Shown here: positions 37,776 through 51,510 of the stretch, piece after piece | How positions within the stretch are numbered: position 1 is the stretch's first letter | Layout of the letters: every line of letters starts with the position of its first letter | Assembly (NCBI GenBank): GCA_976551045.1 | Contig: CDPCPM010000010.1 | Location: 23,932,001 to 23,996,000, forward strand | Reading direction: 5' to 3' | DNA length: 64,000 nucleotides | Origin: Glaucostegus cemiculus | Taxonomy: Eukaryota | Program-made: the position numbers and the translations under genes | Notes under the pieces: generated by a model | What the model was told of the DNA's origin: nothing | Database searches by the model: none | The model's input: the letters and a program-made list of their open reading frames with translations, nothing else

Positions 37776-40309
37776 TAAATGCAATGCCATCTGGAGTCTA
37801 GCATTTCTGATAGCGTCACTCCTGGCACTAAGGTTGCAGGTAAGGTGGCAAACTTGATGACCTCAAAACAGAGCAGGTGGATGAAGCGGGGTTATCCCTC
37901 AACATTTGTGAAGACTGTGCGGAAAAGGACTCTTAGCTATCTTGTACTTTTTCATTACCAGATACAGAACAGCAAGTGGGAGGGCGGGTGTGGTAACAGG
38001 GACTGGATACCTGGGCTAACATCCACCGCTGGGCAGAGAACACAAGATGGGCGTATCATGTGCCCCAGGACAGGATTTGGAAACTTTCTTTGGCAGCTGT
38101 GGCCACCACTATGCAAGCGACTTTTAGAATTCCTCTGCTCAACCATGTGAGGAATAATCGAGAAAAGATGCCCCAAACAAAAGTTAAAATATCACCTTTA
38201 GGATAAGCACAACCAGAAAAACCTCTTACAGAAATGATATTTGCAACTCAGAATATCCATACTCTACTAGACCCAAAAGGATAAGTTGCAGAATAGCAAA
38301 TGTTTTCCCAGAACTGGAGGTTCAACATCATCCATTCTCAGAATGGAGATGGAGACCATTGGCAATGAAGTTTGCAGCTTTAACCTCTTTTGGAAAGGAA
38401 AACTGGAAAGCAACAAGCACATGGGATGGCATTGCAATCAAGAGTCTTTGAGTCAATCGACTGACTGAGCACTGCATGGCCCCTCTGTATCCATCTGGTA
38501 ATAAGTTACCTGCCATATGCAATATGCAGCAAGACTCAGGCAAGAATGGAAAGAATCTTCCTTTGAGCTTGACAAAATTCTGACATCCATGCCCCTTCAG
38601 AGAGTCTACTATAAGAGTTGGCCAAGATGCTGATGTATGGAGTGCTACCATTGGGAAAGAAAATGAGGGCAAGACAAATTCCTATCACATTCTGCTTCTC
38701 AAGAAATGCAAACTGCATTGTCTTATGCAAACAATCTACAGACAAAAAAAAACCAACATAAAATAACTTGGAAAAAAACTCCACTGAAAACAATGGAGAA
38801 GACAAGATCTAAGAGATGTTGAAGTCACCCACGTCAAGAGAGGAACCAATAATTGTTGGACTGGCGACTGTCTGATGGGATCAGTCACGTCCATCATGGT
38901 TGCTCTAAATTGCAAACACAAACCCAGATCACACAGACAATAATGCAACATCCACAGATTTCAATTTTCAATGAAACAAGAGAACTTCCAAGCATACCTC
39001 AGTGAAAAACTGCCCACATGTACACCTGGAAACAATACAAATGCGAAAGCCAACTAGAAAACATTATAGCAGACTATCTATGAGGCACACAAAGAATAAG
39101 AGAAGATCTCATAGCAAAATTCTTTCAAGTTTTGACATGTTAACTACAGGCAGGATGTTTCCCCTGGCTGAGGAGTTGAGAACCAGATGTCACTGTCTCA
39201 GAATAAAGTGCTGTCTACCACTGAGACCAGGACACATTTCTACATCTTTAGAATGGTCTACTGTAGATGCTCAGTAATTGAATTCATTCAAAACAGGGAA
39301 TGATAGATCTCTGGATACTGAGGAATTCAAGTGATATGGGGATAATATAGGAAATAGCACCAGTAAGAAAAATCAGCTGTGATCAAGTCTTAATGGATGG
39401 ATTGCTACTTTTATTTCTAGTTCTTATATTTTTAACTCATCAGCCTTGCTATCCACCATCATCCAGACTATTTTGACGACAATGACACTTGAGATCAGTG
39501 GTCCCTTACACCAGAAAGGGAAAGCATTTGGCAAATGGCAAAGTTATCCAGTCAGAAGTAGAGCTCTTTCCATCAGCAGAAAACTGTGCCTTGGAGGATT
39601 CAAGAAATAAAAGTGATTCCTAGATGAACAAAAAAAAAATTCAATCATCAATGATGGATATGAGCTTTTATGTGAAGCAAATCCCATGTGCTAACCTCGA
39701 TAGTGCAATCCTTCTTTAAGACATTAAATCCAGAGTACATTACAAAGAGTTACAAAAGCTTCAAAATTAATAACTGTGACAAATGGCGCTATCAGCTCTA
39801 TAACTCAACATCCCGATAAGGAAACTCTCACCAAGCCATCAACATCTAAGGAAGTCCAAATAACAGTTATGCAAATAGACACTAAAACTTCAGGTCCGAC
39901 CCACAAAATAAAAAGCGCAAGAGGCCATGTGGCCTCTCACACTTGTTCTGTCATTCAATAAAATGGCTGACTTTCTACCTCAGCATCACTTTTGTGTACT
40001 AACCCCATATTGTTTAATTCCCTTAATATCCAAAAACCTATTGATTTCTGTCTTGGAAGTATTGGGCCTTCACAGACCAGGGGTAGAGAATTCCAAAGAT
40101 TCACTTGCTTCAAGATGAAGAAATTCTCCTCATCTGCCCTAAATGGCTGACCCTTTACACTGAGACTGCTGCCGCTACAGACATCCCAAACCTCTTCTCT
40201 CCAGCTACCCCGTCAAACCCAGTGAGAATCTGGTAGGTCCCTAGGGCATTCTAACCAAAATACTGAAAAGGAAGGGAGAAACACCAACTCCATGTGTGGC
40301 TTCTTAAAA

Positions 40310-41850
40310 TCTAAGATGCTACACAGAAGAAACCCCTACTAACTTGCACAATGCTAATATTCTTCCTTTTTAAAAATGACATGGTTGCCTGTGATACCAT
40401 GGCCTCTCCTCCATCCCCGGGGAAGACCAATGCCAGAATTTTACTAAACTCCCTCCTCCCCCTTGCAGGGGAAGTATTCCTTGAATCCAGTACAGCAACA
40501 GACCATACGACACGACTGGTATTAGCTATGCAGCCAGACAAAGCCAGAAAAGGTGTCAAGAGTAATCCCTGGAGCTATATCTGGCCTTCATTGATTTGAC
40601 CTTCATTGATTGAGCCTTCAGTTGTGAAATGCTGTGGTTAATCATGTCAAAATTTGTTTGTCCAAATAAATTTACCCCGTTGCAAGATTCCTCCATGATC
40701 AGGTGACTGCCTCTATCCAGTGGATTACCTTAAGAGTTGTTTGCTATCCAAACTGTTACGAAACAGGGTTGTGCACTAGCAACCACCTTCATTTTTCTGG
40801 CAGCTATGTAAACATTAATCCAAGATGTTCAACAACAGGGTATTAGACAACAATATTAGACTGATGACAACCTCTTAACCCTTTCTCACTCTGTGCAAGA
40901 ACTAAAGCATCATTGGTAACAGTACTCAAACTCCATACGCAAATGATTGTGCTGTAGTTGCACAAAGGAGCATCTACAAACTGATCTTAACTACTTCTCT
41001 GAAGCTTACTACAGCTGAGGGATAACCCCCAACATCACACTAACCTAGACCTCGTCAAATTAATCAAATCCAGCTAATAAGATCTACACTGACAGCGAGA
41101 TCAGAATGTGGTGAGCTTTGTCTGCCTTGGTGGCCATCTCGCTCAGGGGCATTGAGATTCAGCACCAAATCAGTTGTGCCAGCCTTGACTTGGACACTGT
41201 CTCACCAGGTGTTCACTAACTATAGTAGAACACACAGCATTTTTTAAGTTGACAAAGCAATGGTAATCCAGCTCTCCTCTTTAGTTGCAAGACTTGAGCG
41301 ACTTACAGACAACACTCGGGGAACCCAGAATGGCAACACTACCACTTTCTTTGAAAGATTCGCAACATAAATGGATTGTTGTCATGGTAACATCAGTACC
41401 CTCATTAGAGGCCCTGAATATCTGACATCAATTGAGGCTGAACCGACAGTAAGGTGTGTGCCTGATGTACACCCACCAAAACAATTGCTGCACACCCAAT
41501 CCACTAATGGAGAGTACAAAGGGGGTGGTGGGGTGAAGAAACACTTTAAAGATGCCCTCAAGACAAAAATCAAGAGATGAGACAATGTAATAATGATCTG
41601 GGAGACAGTGGCCCAGAGCAAGGCGATTTGGTGTAGACTTGTCTCAGAATGGAAGGATCACTAGAAGAAAATCGTCCTACCCTGGTTACAGACAAATGCT
41701 AGAAAAGGCAAATAAATGCTGCAAAGGAATCCGAGCCTAATTCTGCTGTCTAACACTACAACAATTGCCAATGTGTCTGTGGCTTAAGGATCAGACTCTC
41801 CAGTCACCCAGTGACTCATCAAAATAAAAAACCTAGACATCATCATCCAA
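40310..41850 (+). mobile_element. RTE-clade LINE, heavily decayed
   Basis: Motif remnants appear in the RTE order: GK..ARILLNSL..LAGEVFLES, LYLAFIDLT, KQGCALA, YANDCAVVA, PKQLL..., K.HFKDALK and WETVAQSKAIW. Confidence 0.72.
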
Positions 41851-42117
41851 CCCTGAAGCATCACAGCCTCTGATGAATTCCCCCTTTCAAAGCAGCAGAT
41901 CAGCAAACTACAATAACATTCAGGTTACAGCTGGATGCTAAACAGAGAACTCGAGTCCTGGAAAGATGAGCATCAGGGGAAAAGCTACTTAGATCATGTT
42001 CTTTTAATTTCTTTTGATAAATTATCAGAGAAGAGTGACAAGCAAAATATTTCAGTGTTTAAATCCAACCAACAATTCCTGGAAAAGTACTGCACAAATT
42101 TACTGTAGTCCATTGAA

Positions 42118-42134
42118 GGGGGGGGGGGGGGGGG
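42118..42134 (+). repeat. G17 homopolymer
   Basis: 17 consecutive G. Related tracts are C13 at 52726-52738 and C14A10 at 53947-53970. Confidence 0.9.
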
Positions 42135-42824
42135 ATATTAATTAACAAAGAATACTATCCTACAGTTAAGCATCAAGGGTTAAAGTTCAACTGACTCATC
42201 AATGGAACCAAAATTCTTATCTTCCATTGCCCTTGGATTTCTCTAACAAATCTTTATCAACTCATCTGAAATGGTTTCCAACAACTGCTAGCTGGCTAGA
42301 CGTTCAGCAGTTAGCTCAATACAAGCCTGTGGGAGTAATTCAGTTTGCTGCTCTTTTTAACGCATGAATATTTAATAAATTGATATTGCTTAAATTCCCT
42401 ATGTCAAGACAGACAGGTTGACATACACATTCCTATAGCACATTTTATGGCATTAAGAATTTCCAAAGCACTTCTCCAGTTTGTGAAGTACCTCAGAAGG
42501 AACATAGCAAACAAGGCAGCCAGTTTACTATAATATCCTACAATCAGGCATGTGATAATAATCAGAAAATGTGTGATAACTTCCACAATCTTCCTAAAGT
42601 ATGCAGTTAAAAAAGAAATCACTCAAAGTTTCTTCTCATCAAAAAAACCCACAAATTTCCAAAATACTGCAATGCAAGTACTGCAAAACTGCCATAACAT
42701 ACTAACAGAGATAGCCATCACAGTGCAAAGAAAATAACTGTGGACAACGCAGGCACTTTACCCAAGTCAGGTTATTTGTTCAAAGTACATTCTAGGAAAT
42801 TCAGAATATGATCTAGTGTAGAAC

Positions 42825-43085
42825 GCCAGTGCAGTTCTGAGGACAAACTGCATCTTCAAAGAAGACATTGTCACTAATACCAATGCTTCAGTCTGGAAAC
42901 AGGTGGAGTCAAATAAAAAATGTGCATCATTATTTTGAAGAGTGGAGTTCTTCCTGGTGCCCTAATAAGCCTTCAACTGGCAAAAAAAACCAGAAGTAGC
43001 CATTATCAACCTTCCTGTTCACACCAACCTCTATTGGGAATTTTGTGTGGAAAAGTTGGCAGCACATTTCCTACATCAGAAAAAG
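42825..43085 (+). mobile_element. Deu-domain SINE remnant
   Basis: ccagtgcagttctgagg...tattttgaagag.ggagttcttcctggtgccct...gggaattttgtgtggaaaagttggcagcacatttcctacat. Confidence 0.6.
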
Positions 43086-43099
43086 ACCTCAGTATAATT

Positions 43100-43880
43100 A
43101 GTACATAGGAACGTAAGAAATAAGAGCAAATGCAGGACAAATGGCCGCTTGAGCCTACTGAGCCACTTGATAGGATTGTGGCCGATCCCATCTTGACCTC
43201 AATACCACATTCCTGCTCCATGCCCATACACCCAATTTAAGTTTAGTTTAAGTGAATGTCAATCTCCATCCCGAATCCATTCAACCTTTGCCTCCATAAT
43301 TCTAAGGTAGAGAATTCCAAACATTCATGACCCACGAAGAGAAGAAATTCAACCTCAACTCCATCTTATATGGATGATCATTATATTCTATCTGCCAACT
43401 TCTTGCCCACTTATTTAGCCTATCTCTATCCCTTTGCAGGTGATTTGTGTCCTCCTCAACTTGTTAACCCATTTATCCTTGCATCATCAGCAAAGTTATA
43501 GTTAGAATACACCCAGTCCCTTTATCCACATCATTAATATAGATTACAGATAGCAACAATCCCTGTGGCACCCCATTAGTTTCTGATTGTCAATATGGAG
43601 TCAAGTCTAGTTTATTGTCATATGAACAGGTATGGTGAGGTACAATGAAAAACTTGCTTGCAGCATCTCATGCACATAGGTACAGAGTAGTATGAAAATT
43701 ACCTCTATTTCAAACTCTGTTTTTACTAGCCACTCCCTAATCCACATTGATACATTATTCCCAACTCTGTGCTCGTGTCTCGCGTACATTACCAAATGCT
43801 TTCTGCAAATCCAGATACACTACATCTACTGTTTCCCATTCATCTGCCCTGTTTATTATATTCTCAAAAAACAAGCAAAT
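43100..43880 (-). mobile_element. Decayed CR1 fragments, with a Rex1 tail at about 43590-43680
   Basis: Antisense CR1 tail (cataggaacgtaagaaataagagc...) and RT remnant caaatgctttctgcaaatccagatacactacatc. Confidence 0.6.
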
Positions 43881-44288
43881 TTATCACACTCTCTTCACAC
43901 TCTTGCCATCTGGAAGAAGGCTCCAGTGCATCCGGGCAAGGACAACTAGACTGTACAATAGCTTCTTCCCACAAGCTATTAGAACTGTGAACTCCCTCAT
44001 CCCTCCAACACTAAAGGATGCTCGGAAGGGTCTTCAACTTAAAAGGTTGCTTCTGTTTCTCTTCACACAGATTCAGTCTGACCTGCTGAGAATTCCTAGC
44101 ATCTTCTGCTTTTGTTTGATTACCAGCATTCTGTTGATCTCCTGGGGTTTGCGTTATGGCAATTTGAACACCTTGTTTCAAAACAAAAGACGCTTTGTAA
44201 TGCAATGCCCAATGTGTGCTGATTGAATAAGTAAATTTGCATGTTACTACACGAGTCTCTGGGATTTTTTTTTTAACAGGTACTTGTA

Positions 44289-44862
44289 GAATCAGAATCA
44301 GTTTTATTGTCACAACCATATACGTACATAGTATGCATAGGAGCGAGATACCGTCCTCCTCAGGTGCTCGTCCCATAAAAATAACATAACAACCAACAGA
44401 GACACACATACACACTTGGCAGAATACACAGTACAAAACATTACACATTAGAAGCTATGGAGGTTAAAATTAAATTATTACGCAGATTAAATTAAAAATG
44501 GCCGGTAAATAAATAAATAGTTATTAAAGTGAATGGGCTGGAGTCGGGCATTTAAAGTGCTGGTGCATTTCTGTGCACCTAGCATCTCTTAGTGTTAACA
44601 AAGGAAGATGGAGGGATGAGAGAGTTTGCAGTTCTGATGGCTTGCGGAAAGAAGCTATTGTTCAGCCTGGTCGTTCTTGCCCTGATACATTTAAGCCTCC
44701 TCCCTGATGGCAAAATTGTGAAGAGGTGGTGGGAGGGGTGAGAAGGGTCGGCCATTATGCTTTTGGTCTTCCTCACACAACGGTCTTTGTATATGTCTGT
44801 GAGGGATGGAAGCGAGACACCTATGATCCACTCCGCAGCCCTAACTATCTTCTGTAGGCCAA
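44289..44862 (-). mobile_element. Rex1 LINE 3' end with complete 3' UTR
   Basis: LQKIVRAAEWIIGVSLPSL...DPSHPSHHLFTILPSGRRL..RARTTRLNNSFFPQAIR and tail gtgacaataaaactgattctgattct. A short plus-strand copy of the same family lies at about 43885-44010. Confidence 0.88.
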
Positions 44863-45039
44863 CCATTCATCTCCACTTCCCATTAAAAAAATAGCAAATT
44901 ACTAGCTTTAATAACTATAGGTCCCTTTAATTAACATGCAGAAAGATCAACCTGGCTGAAAAGATAGTACAACACCTGAGTGCTTAGGAAAGGTGGTAGG
45001 AGAGAAAATGGAAAAAAGGTCCAGAAAGGATTATTCATG

Positions 45040-46000
45040 ACCTGCCGTTATGAAGGATGGGTCTGGCCACATGGCATCCCAGTCAGCTGGACACTGCCGC
45101 GCTACCTGTCCTTGGTGGAAAATTCTTCCAGACCAACACCTTTGACCACAAGTCCATCAGGCAGTGGTCAGCACAGAATGTCCTGCAGGCACTGCAGGAG
45201 AAGGACACAATGGACATGGTGGGGTGGTTCGCTGAGCAGACTGTCCAGACCAACTGGCGGAATACCTCATCGCCAGAATTCACCAACAAGCACCAAGACC
45301 TCGCTTGGCTGGCAGTGAGAGAGGCCTTCTCAGTCAGATCCCTCTGCACAGGTGGAACCTCAGTCTCAGTGTGCGCTGCCCTCGGGAGGACTGCATTGGG
45401 GATGAGACGGTTGCCCACCTCTTTGTAGACTGTAGGTTTGCAAGGAGGGTGTGGCAAAAGATGCAAGGGTCCTTGTCACAGTTCATCCCCAGCAGCTGCA
45501 TAACAGAGGATTCTCTGATCTACGGGCTGTTCCCAGCGACACACACACACAGACGGACATCAGCTGCTGCTGGAAGGTCATCAACTCTGTGAAAGACAAC
45601 CTTTGGGCTGCCCGGAACTTGTTGGTCTTCCAGCACTGTGAGACGTCTGTAGGGGAATGCTGCCAACTGGCACATTCCAAACTGCAGGAGTACATGTTGA
45701 GAGATGCACTGAAGATAGGTACAGCCAATGCAAAGGCGCGGTGGGGAAGGGCCACAGTCTAGGGTTCTGCTGCCACTGGAGAGGGAGGGGCGGGATCAGG
45801 CGAGGCCCCTCAAATGTAAATATGGGATGGGGATATCACCCCAGGGAGCCACACGAGTGGGATCGGTGCTGTGTTTTGTATATATATATATATATATATG
45901 GTAACACTAAGAATGGAACTGTATTCAAATGTAAATGTTTAAGCTGTTTTATTATTGTATATAGTTTTTATTATGAATAACGTTTATTTCGTTAAAAAAT
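45040..46000 (+). mobile_element. Tx1-clade (L1 group) LINE 3' end
   Basis: NKHQDLAWLAVR, CCHC zinc knuckle RCPREDC.GDETVAHLFVDC, LIYGLFP and WKVINSVKDNLW.ARNLLVF; (TA)n in the 3' UTR and an A-rich end. Confidence 0.85.
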
Positions 46001-48029
46001 GGGGGTTCTCCAGGAACATACAAAGTCCACCACATATAGATCAAGGTCCTATATGAAGTGGTGAGAGTTGTACAACCCAGGTTTGGCTATTAACTTATTA
46101 CTGTTATGTAACACCAAATAAAGGCTCAGTCAAGCAACATTTTCTGTGGGTCAGCTAATTTGTTGAAACTGATTTTACATTTTAGTAATGCTACAAATTT
46201 CATGCCTTAATGTATGTGCAAGTGGCTGAGAGTAATGGAGAAGGATGGGGAGGAATACAGTGTAGTGACAGAGGAAAGAGAACACAAGATATAAGAACAC
46301 TTATTAAAAAGTAATCTGAGTACAGTGAATGGCTCAACATTTTTGGTGCGTTGGTATATTTTCCTGGCCTAATTCTGTGCAGTGGACAGATTTCAGGTGC
46401 ATGCAAAATTACGGACTAAACTGTAGCACCATAGATATGACATGCCAAAATATTAAAGAGACCTCTGATATTTCCTGTTTATTTGTTCTTCCTTCCCTGT
46501 CCCTTTATCTAACCTCATGCATCCCTTCTTTTGGTTCTTATGAAAGTTAACTTTCCATATCATCGATCTTCTGTCTCTTTCTCCACAAGCACTATCCGAC
46601 CTGCCTAGAATTTTCAGCATTATTAATTTTTTGAGATTGAGCAGTGCATTTTGTTTTGGCTTTAGGGTTGTATCCCACTCCCATTTTTAGCTGCATGTTC
46701 TGCATCTTTGAATGAATTTATTTGTGCAAAATCAATTATTCATAAGGTTTTGCATTGCTGCTGTGTAAGAGTGGCAATTTTGAGCCAGTGATTCTTTGTT
46801 TATTCCAGCCTTCCTTTCTTTCCTGAATACTGGACTTGTATTTGCTACCTTTCAATCTGTGGGAACCATTCTAAAAATCAAAAGATTTTTAGTGGATACA
46901 TTGATTGTCATCTTCCATGTCCACAACCCTAGAATGTAGCTTAAATGGCAGAATAATTTCAGATAGGCATTTCTTGGAAATATTTTTTTAAATCATGCTG
47001 GGGAAAAACAGTAACACATTTATTTCACTCAATGGGAAATTCTCCTTTCAGAAGCACAAGAAATGCTTTCCCATTAAACAGCCTCCATTTTGAGGACACT
47101 AGCAGATCAGTGGTTTGGAGTGAATCGTCTGTAGTGTAGATTTTAAATACTTGCTGGTTCTACAGCCTTTCCTGCATACTCAATTCTTACTGAGAAAATT
47201 AACCACAAATAAACCTGATAAAGCCAAAGAAACTGATGTTATAATCCTTTACCGGTAGTTTCAAAAGTTGCACGACAACCCACCAGCCATGTTAGATCAC
47301 ACACGAGATAAATCTCACTTTGATCATTGGAGCATTTTTTTAAAATTTGCCACTCTTCATGGTTAAACGCATCAAAGGCCATGATAAGGGTCTACTGAAC
47401 CAAGTTAGAGAAGTTGTACTTCACAGAAGCAAGAGAAAATACACCAAACAGATCTTAAAATAAATCTTTAACAAATTCAATGCTCCATTATTGTGTCACG
47501 ATAGGAGACATTAACACATAGGGGTTAAAACTAAATTCTATTGTTTGAATTTCAAGAAGCTGGCAGCAAATGCCAAGGGAACTTGATTAATTGGTAATGT
47601 GCGGATTGGTACTGTCAGACTGGAACATCTGCCACTGACAGATTAGAAACCATAGGAGTTCTGAGAAAACTCAAGTCAAATCTAGCATGGGTTTTGTTAA
47701 CCATGTTATTTATAGCACTCATAACATTACATGAAATATTATAGTGAGACAGTCAATACACAAGCTATTGGAGTCTAAACTTTTATACATTTAATGATTA
47801 CTTCCCAATAATTACAATGGGTATCATCACACAATACCAGACCAGCACTTCACTGCAGAAATGGTCACCATCAGTCCCCATCTGCCAAATCATCATGGCT
47901 AATTGATCATTACACCTTATTAAAAATAAATGTCAAAGTACACTATAATCACTTGAGGCAGATTACTCTTTTAATTATTTCCAGGAACCATTCTACAATC
48001 ACTCTGTTCCTTTGTTTTGGCAATAACCT

Positions 48030-48590
48030 GAACATAAAAACATAAGAAATGACAGGAATATACCACCTGGCCCATCGAATCTGCTCCAACATTCAACAAG
48101 ATCATGGCTACTCTTCTCACTCAACACCACTTTCCTGCCCTCTCCCCATTTCCCTAAACTTGCAGAAATCAATCACTCTCTAAATCTAAAAGGAATATTG
48201 TCTGCTCAAAGTGTTTTATGTGCTCTTCATACTGCTAAGGACATAAAAATTAGGAGCAAATGTAGGCTTTGACCCTTCACGTCTGCTCTGCCATCCAACA
48301 CCATGGCTGATCTTCTACCTCAGTGCCATTTTTCTGCACATGTCCACATATTTTGCTCTCATCAATATCCAAAAGTCTACTGATCTGTTTTGAATGAATT
48401 CAAATAGTTAGCCTCCACAGGCTATTCTAAGTAGAATTCTAAATATTCACCACATCCATGTGAAGAAATTTCACCTCATTTCATTTCTAAATGGCCTGCC
48501 TCTTATTCTGAGATGTTGACTCCTCTACCAGAGGAAATGGCCTCCCAGCATCTATCGTATGGAGCCTTGTAAACATTTTGCAAGTTTAAA
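48030..48590 (-). mobile_element. Two tandem antisense CR1 3' tails
   Basis: acataaaaacataagaaat...ctgctccaacattcaacaagatcatggct and acataaaaattaggagc...catggctgatct. Confidence 0.6.
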
Positions 48591-48631
48591 TGAGAATGAG
48601 GAAACAAGGCGAACCATGTAAATGATGCAAC

Positions 48632-48768
48632 TTGAGAAACAAAGGACTGCAGATGCTGGAATCTAGATGAAAGACACTATGATGGCGAAGGAACTCAGCA
48701 GACCAGGTACACCAATGGAAAAAGAGTAGGCGGTCAACGTTTCGGGTCAGGACCCTTCTTCGGGACGG
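48632..48768 (-). repeat. Solo Penelope pLTR copy with hammerhead motif, same subfamily as the 6683 copy
   Basis: The minus strand reads gtc-CCGAAGA-a-gggtcctgaccc-GAAAC-GTT-gaccgcc...ctgctgagttcc...catctagattccagcatctgc, nearly matching 6683-6815. Confidence 0.8.
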
Positions 48769-48859
48769 TAAAGGACTGATAGCGAAGTGCATAGTTCTGG
48801 GTGAGGATGAAGTTAAAAAGGAAAAAAAAGACTTGTTCTTACGCACCTCTCTTAGAACA

Positions 48860-49100
48860 TTAAAAGCACATTACAACCAAGGTAGCACTTTTAAGTCGTC
48901 ATTGACATGACATAAGAAATATGGAAGCTAATTGGTACATGAGAAACTCCCAAAAGCAGCAACAGGATGATGACCTGAAAATCTGCTTTTATGTTGAAGG
49001 ATCAGTATTGACCAGAACACCAGAGTTTGCTTCATGCATGGCCCTTTTATGATTACTTTAAATTGCAAGTGAGGCCTCCTCATCGGATATTAATCCAAGG
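48860..49100 (-). mobile_element. Deu-domain SINE remnant
   Basis: aaagcacattacaaccaa...gaaatatggaagctaatt...ctcccaaaagcagcaa..gatgatgacc...gttgaagga...ttgaccagaacacc. Confidence 0.55.
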
Positions 49101-51254
49101 AGACATCCATAATAGATACAAGTAAAGAATCTTTCTCAAAGGATACATTAACTTGGGTCAAGTTGTCTCATCTACAATTATATTGTGAAAGTACAATGAA
49201 TACTGCTATTAAAAGTATACATTTTAGATTTTAAAGGAAGAATTTTAAAGTTAATTTTAATTGGTTATTTTTTTTAATAAATCCTCGATTTGGTATCATT
49301 CCCTGCTAGATGCAAGAGATAGATGCATGCTAAATTCATAGGAAGAAACAATTTAAATAGGCTCAGGAGCCATTGGATCCTGGAAACCACACAAACAGCT
49401 GGTGATGGAGACTTCCCAGCCCGTTGTGTGGTTTTCCAGAATCTAACAACTCTCAGCCATCTGAAGTTACAGCCCCCAATGTTTTTTATGAAGCATTTCC
49501 AGGATTTACAAAGATTCTCACCAGCAGTGAAAAGAAGTAAGAACTGCTTTACTCGGTGGTCTTTATGCTAATATAATCTGTATGTATATATTTTTCTTCA
49601 AAATTAAGAATGAATGTGGTACTCCACAAATTTTCCTCCCCCGATACAGTGCTGGAAGAAAGCATATACTGTTTTGTGGTATCCTACATACAAACATTGC
49701 TACCAAATTGGTGCAATAATCTTACTAGTCTATGGAAATAACAATAATTTGTCCATAACAAATGCCAATTGTGATATGGGCATAGTACAAACTGTGATGC
49801 AAAGGATATTAAGCAATTTCATTCTTAACAAAGTATGGATTTGACTATGTTGATATTTTTTTAATGACAAAATCACTCTGACTTATGCACCTATAATGTG
49901 TTATGGCATTTTTTGTTTCACACACTAATGCGACTGTCAATATTGCTAATGCACAGCATATCATTGTGGTAATCATAATCATTAAATGCTACTATCTAGA
50001 ATTCACAAGGAAAATGGAGGTAAAACTAGTTGTAATTAAAACTTTTACAGCACTTAAGTAAGAAAGGGTTGCTATCTGGAATGATTCATAAATTATAGGG
50101 CAATTCCACACTTCACACTCAAGAGAAAAGCCCCTTGAATAAAGATCACAAGCAAATGGATTAAAAAAGAACAAGACACACAAATAGCAGAGGCATCTGC
50201 AAAACATAATTCCCACCAATTGTCAAAACAAGAATCTATTAATGGCTTTTTACAGCAAGAGGCCATCTTCACAGCAGAGACTTTCATCCTCTCAGACCAA
50301 GCTTGATGTGACGCCAGACACCACAGGAAAAAAGGTCCGCATTCCAAAATATTTTACGTAAATCCTAACTGTTGACTGTTAAAGGGATTCAGAAATGTTT
50401 CCTTGTATTTTTTTTCATGCCAATTATTTATTGTGGGGTATTTTTACCACTAGAGCACAAAACATAATAAAGTAAAATCTTTGCTAATGTGAGTAAATTG
50501 GAAGATGTTGCAAAACATTTCTGCAAGACACTGGACTTGAATCCAGCAGGGTTCTACCACTGTGACAAGGCCAGAGTTCTGGGGCAAAATTTAGTTTTTT
50601 GTCAGTATCATATTGCGCTCTATTTTAAAACATCAAAAACATGCTTTAGTTGCATCTCTTTTAACCCCTCTGCCCCCAAAGCAGAATATTGTGCGTTTCA
50701 AGTAGTTTTACTTGGTAATTGGTGCCCATAAGCTTATAAATGTTTGAAGGAACAAATCAGTCTTCAGTCTTTATTCCATATCATTTAACCTGTTATCACC
50801 CTACTTGAAAAAGAAAAGAATTCCTGGAGTATGGTTCCACTGAACGACCTCTCCATTCCCTTCCACTTTCACAACCAATCTTTACGAATAGACCTCAACA
50901 CAAAAGCTGAAAGGCTAGTCATCGTGGTCAAACATAATTTTCCTCATCTAATGTGCATGAGTGGCCGAAGTCCCCAAACAGGGAACAGAAGTGATCAATC
51001 CTTCATGGATATAGAAACTGAGGTCAAATGTCTGTAACCTTGCTCCAGTGAAATGTGTTTGGATGGGAATAAAACACTGAATCTTCCCATTCTCCCTAGA
51101 TCTGAGCTAAGAAAAAATGGGTAAATGCACTACAAGGAAGTTGTTCTAGCAAATACGTCCGCTTTTAGACAAAATCTTAATAAGAAGGTGCTATTTCCTT
51201 TCCCTCATGATGGGCTGTGCAAGGGAGTACTGGGGATGCAAAAATTTCCATGAC

Positions 51255-51510
51255 ACTTGGCTAAAGAAGAGCAAGAGAGTATCCCAAGTGCCTAGACCAG
51301 CAATTTACTTCAGTAACATTGAATTAAGTATTTTGTAATTATTACATTGCTATTTGGGTGAAACTTGCTGTGCACACCAAGTCCACTCTATTCTCAACAC
51401 TTGAAAAGTAACAACTTTTCAAAAGCATTTCATTGGCTTAAAATATTTTGGGAAGCCTGAAAAAGGGATACAACAAAAAAAAATTAAATATAATGCTTGC
51501 CTTACTTTTT
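51255..51510 (+). mobile_element. Deu-domain SINE remnant with L2-like tail
   Basis: gaagagcaagagagtatccc...attacattgctatttgggtgaaacttgctgtgcac...caaaagcatttcattggc...tttggga. Confidence 0.55.

Noticed and set aside
37940-39110. Possible minus-strand LINE remnant (GDFN-like and LGHMIR-like words)
   Set aside because: Too degraded, and the motif order is not convincing enough to assign a family by eye.
42118-42134. G17 and C13/C14 tracts as functional G-quadruplexes
   Set aside because: Homopolymer lengths are error-prone in assemblies and nothing indicates function, so they are listed only as simple repeats.
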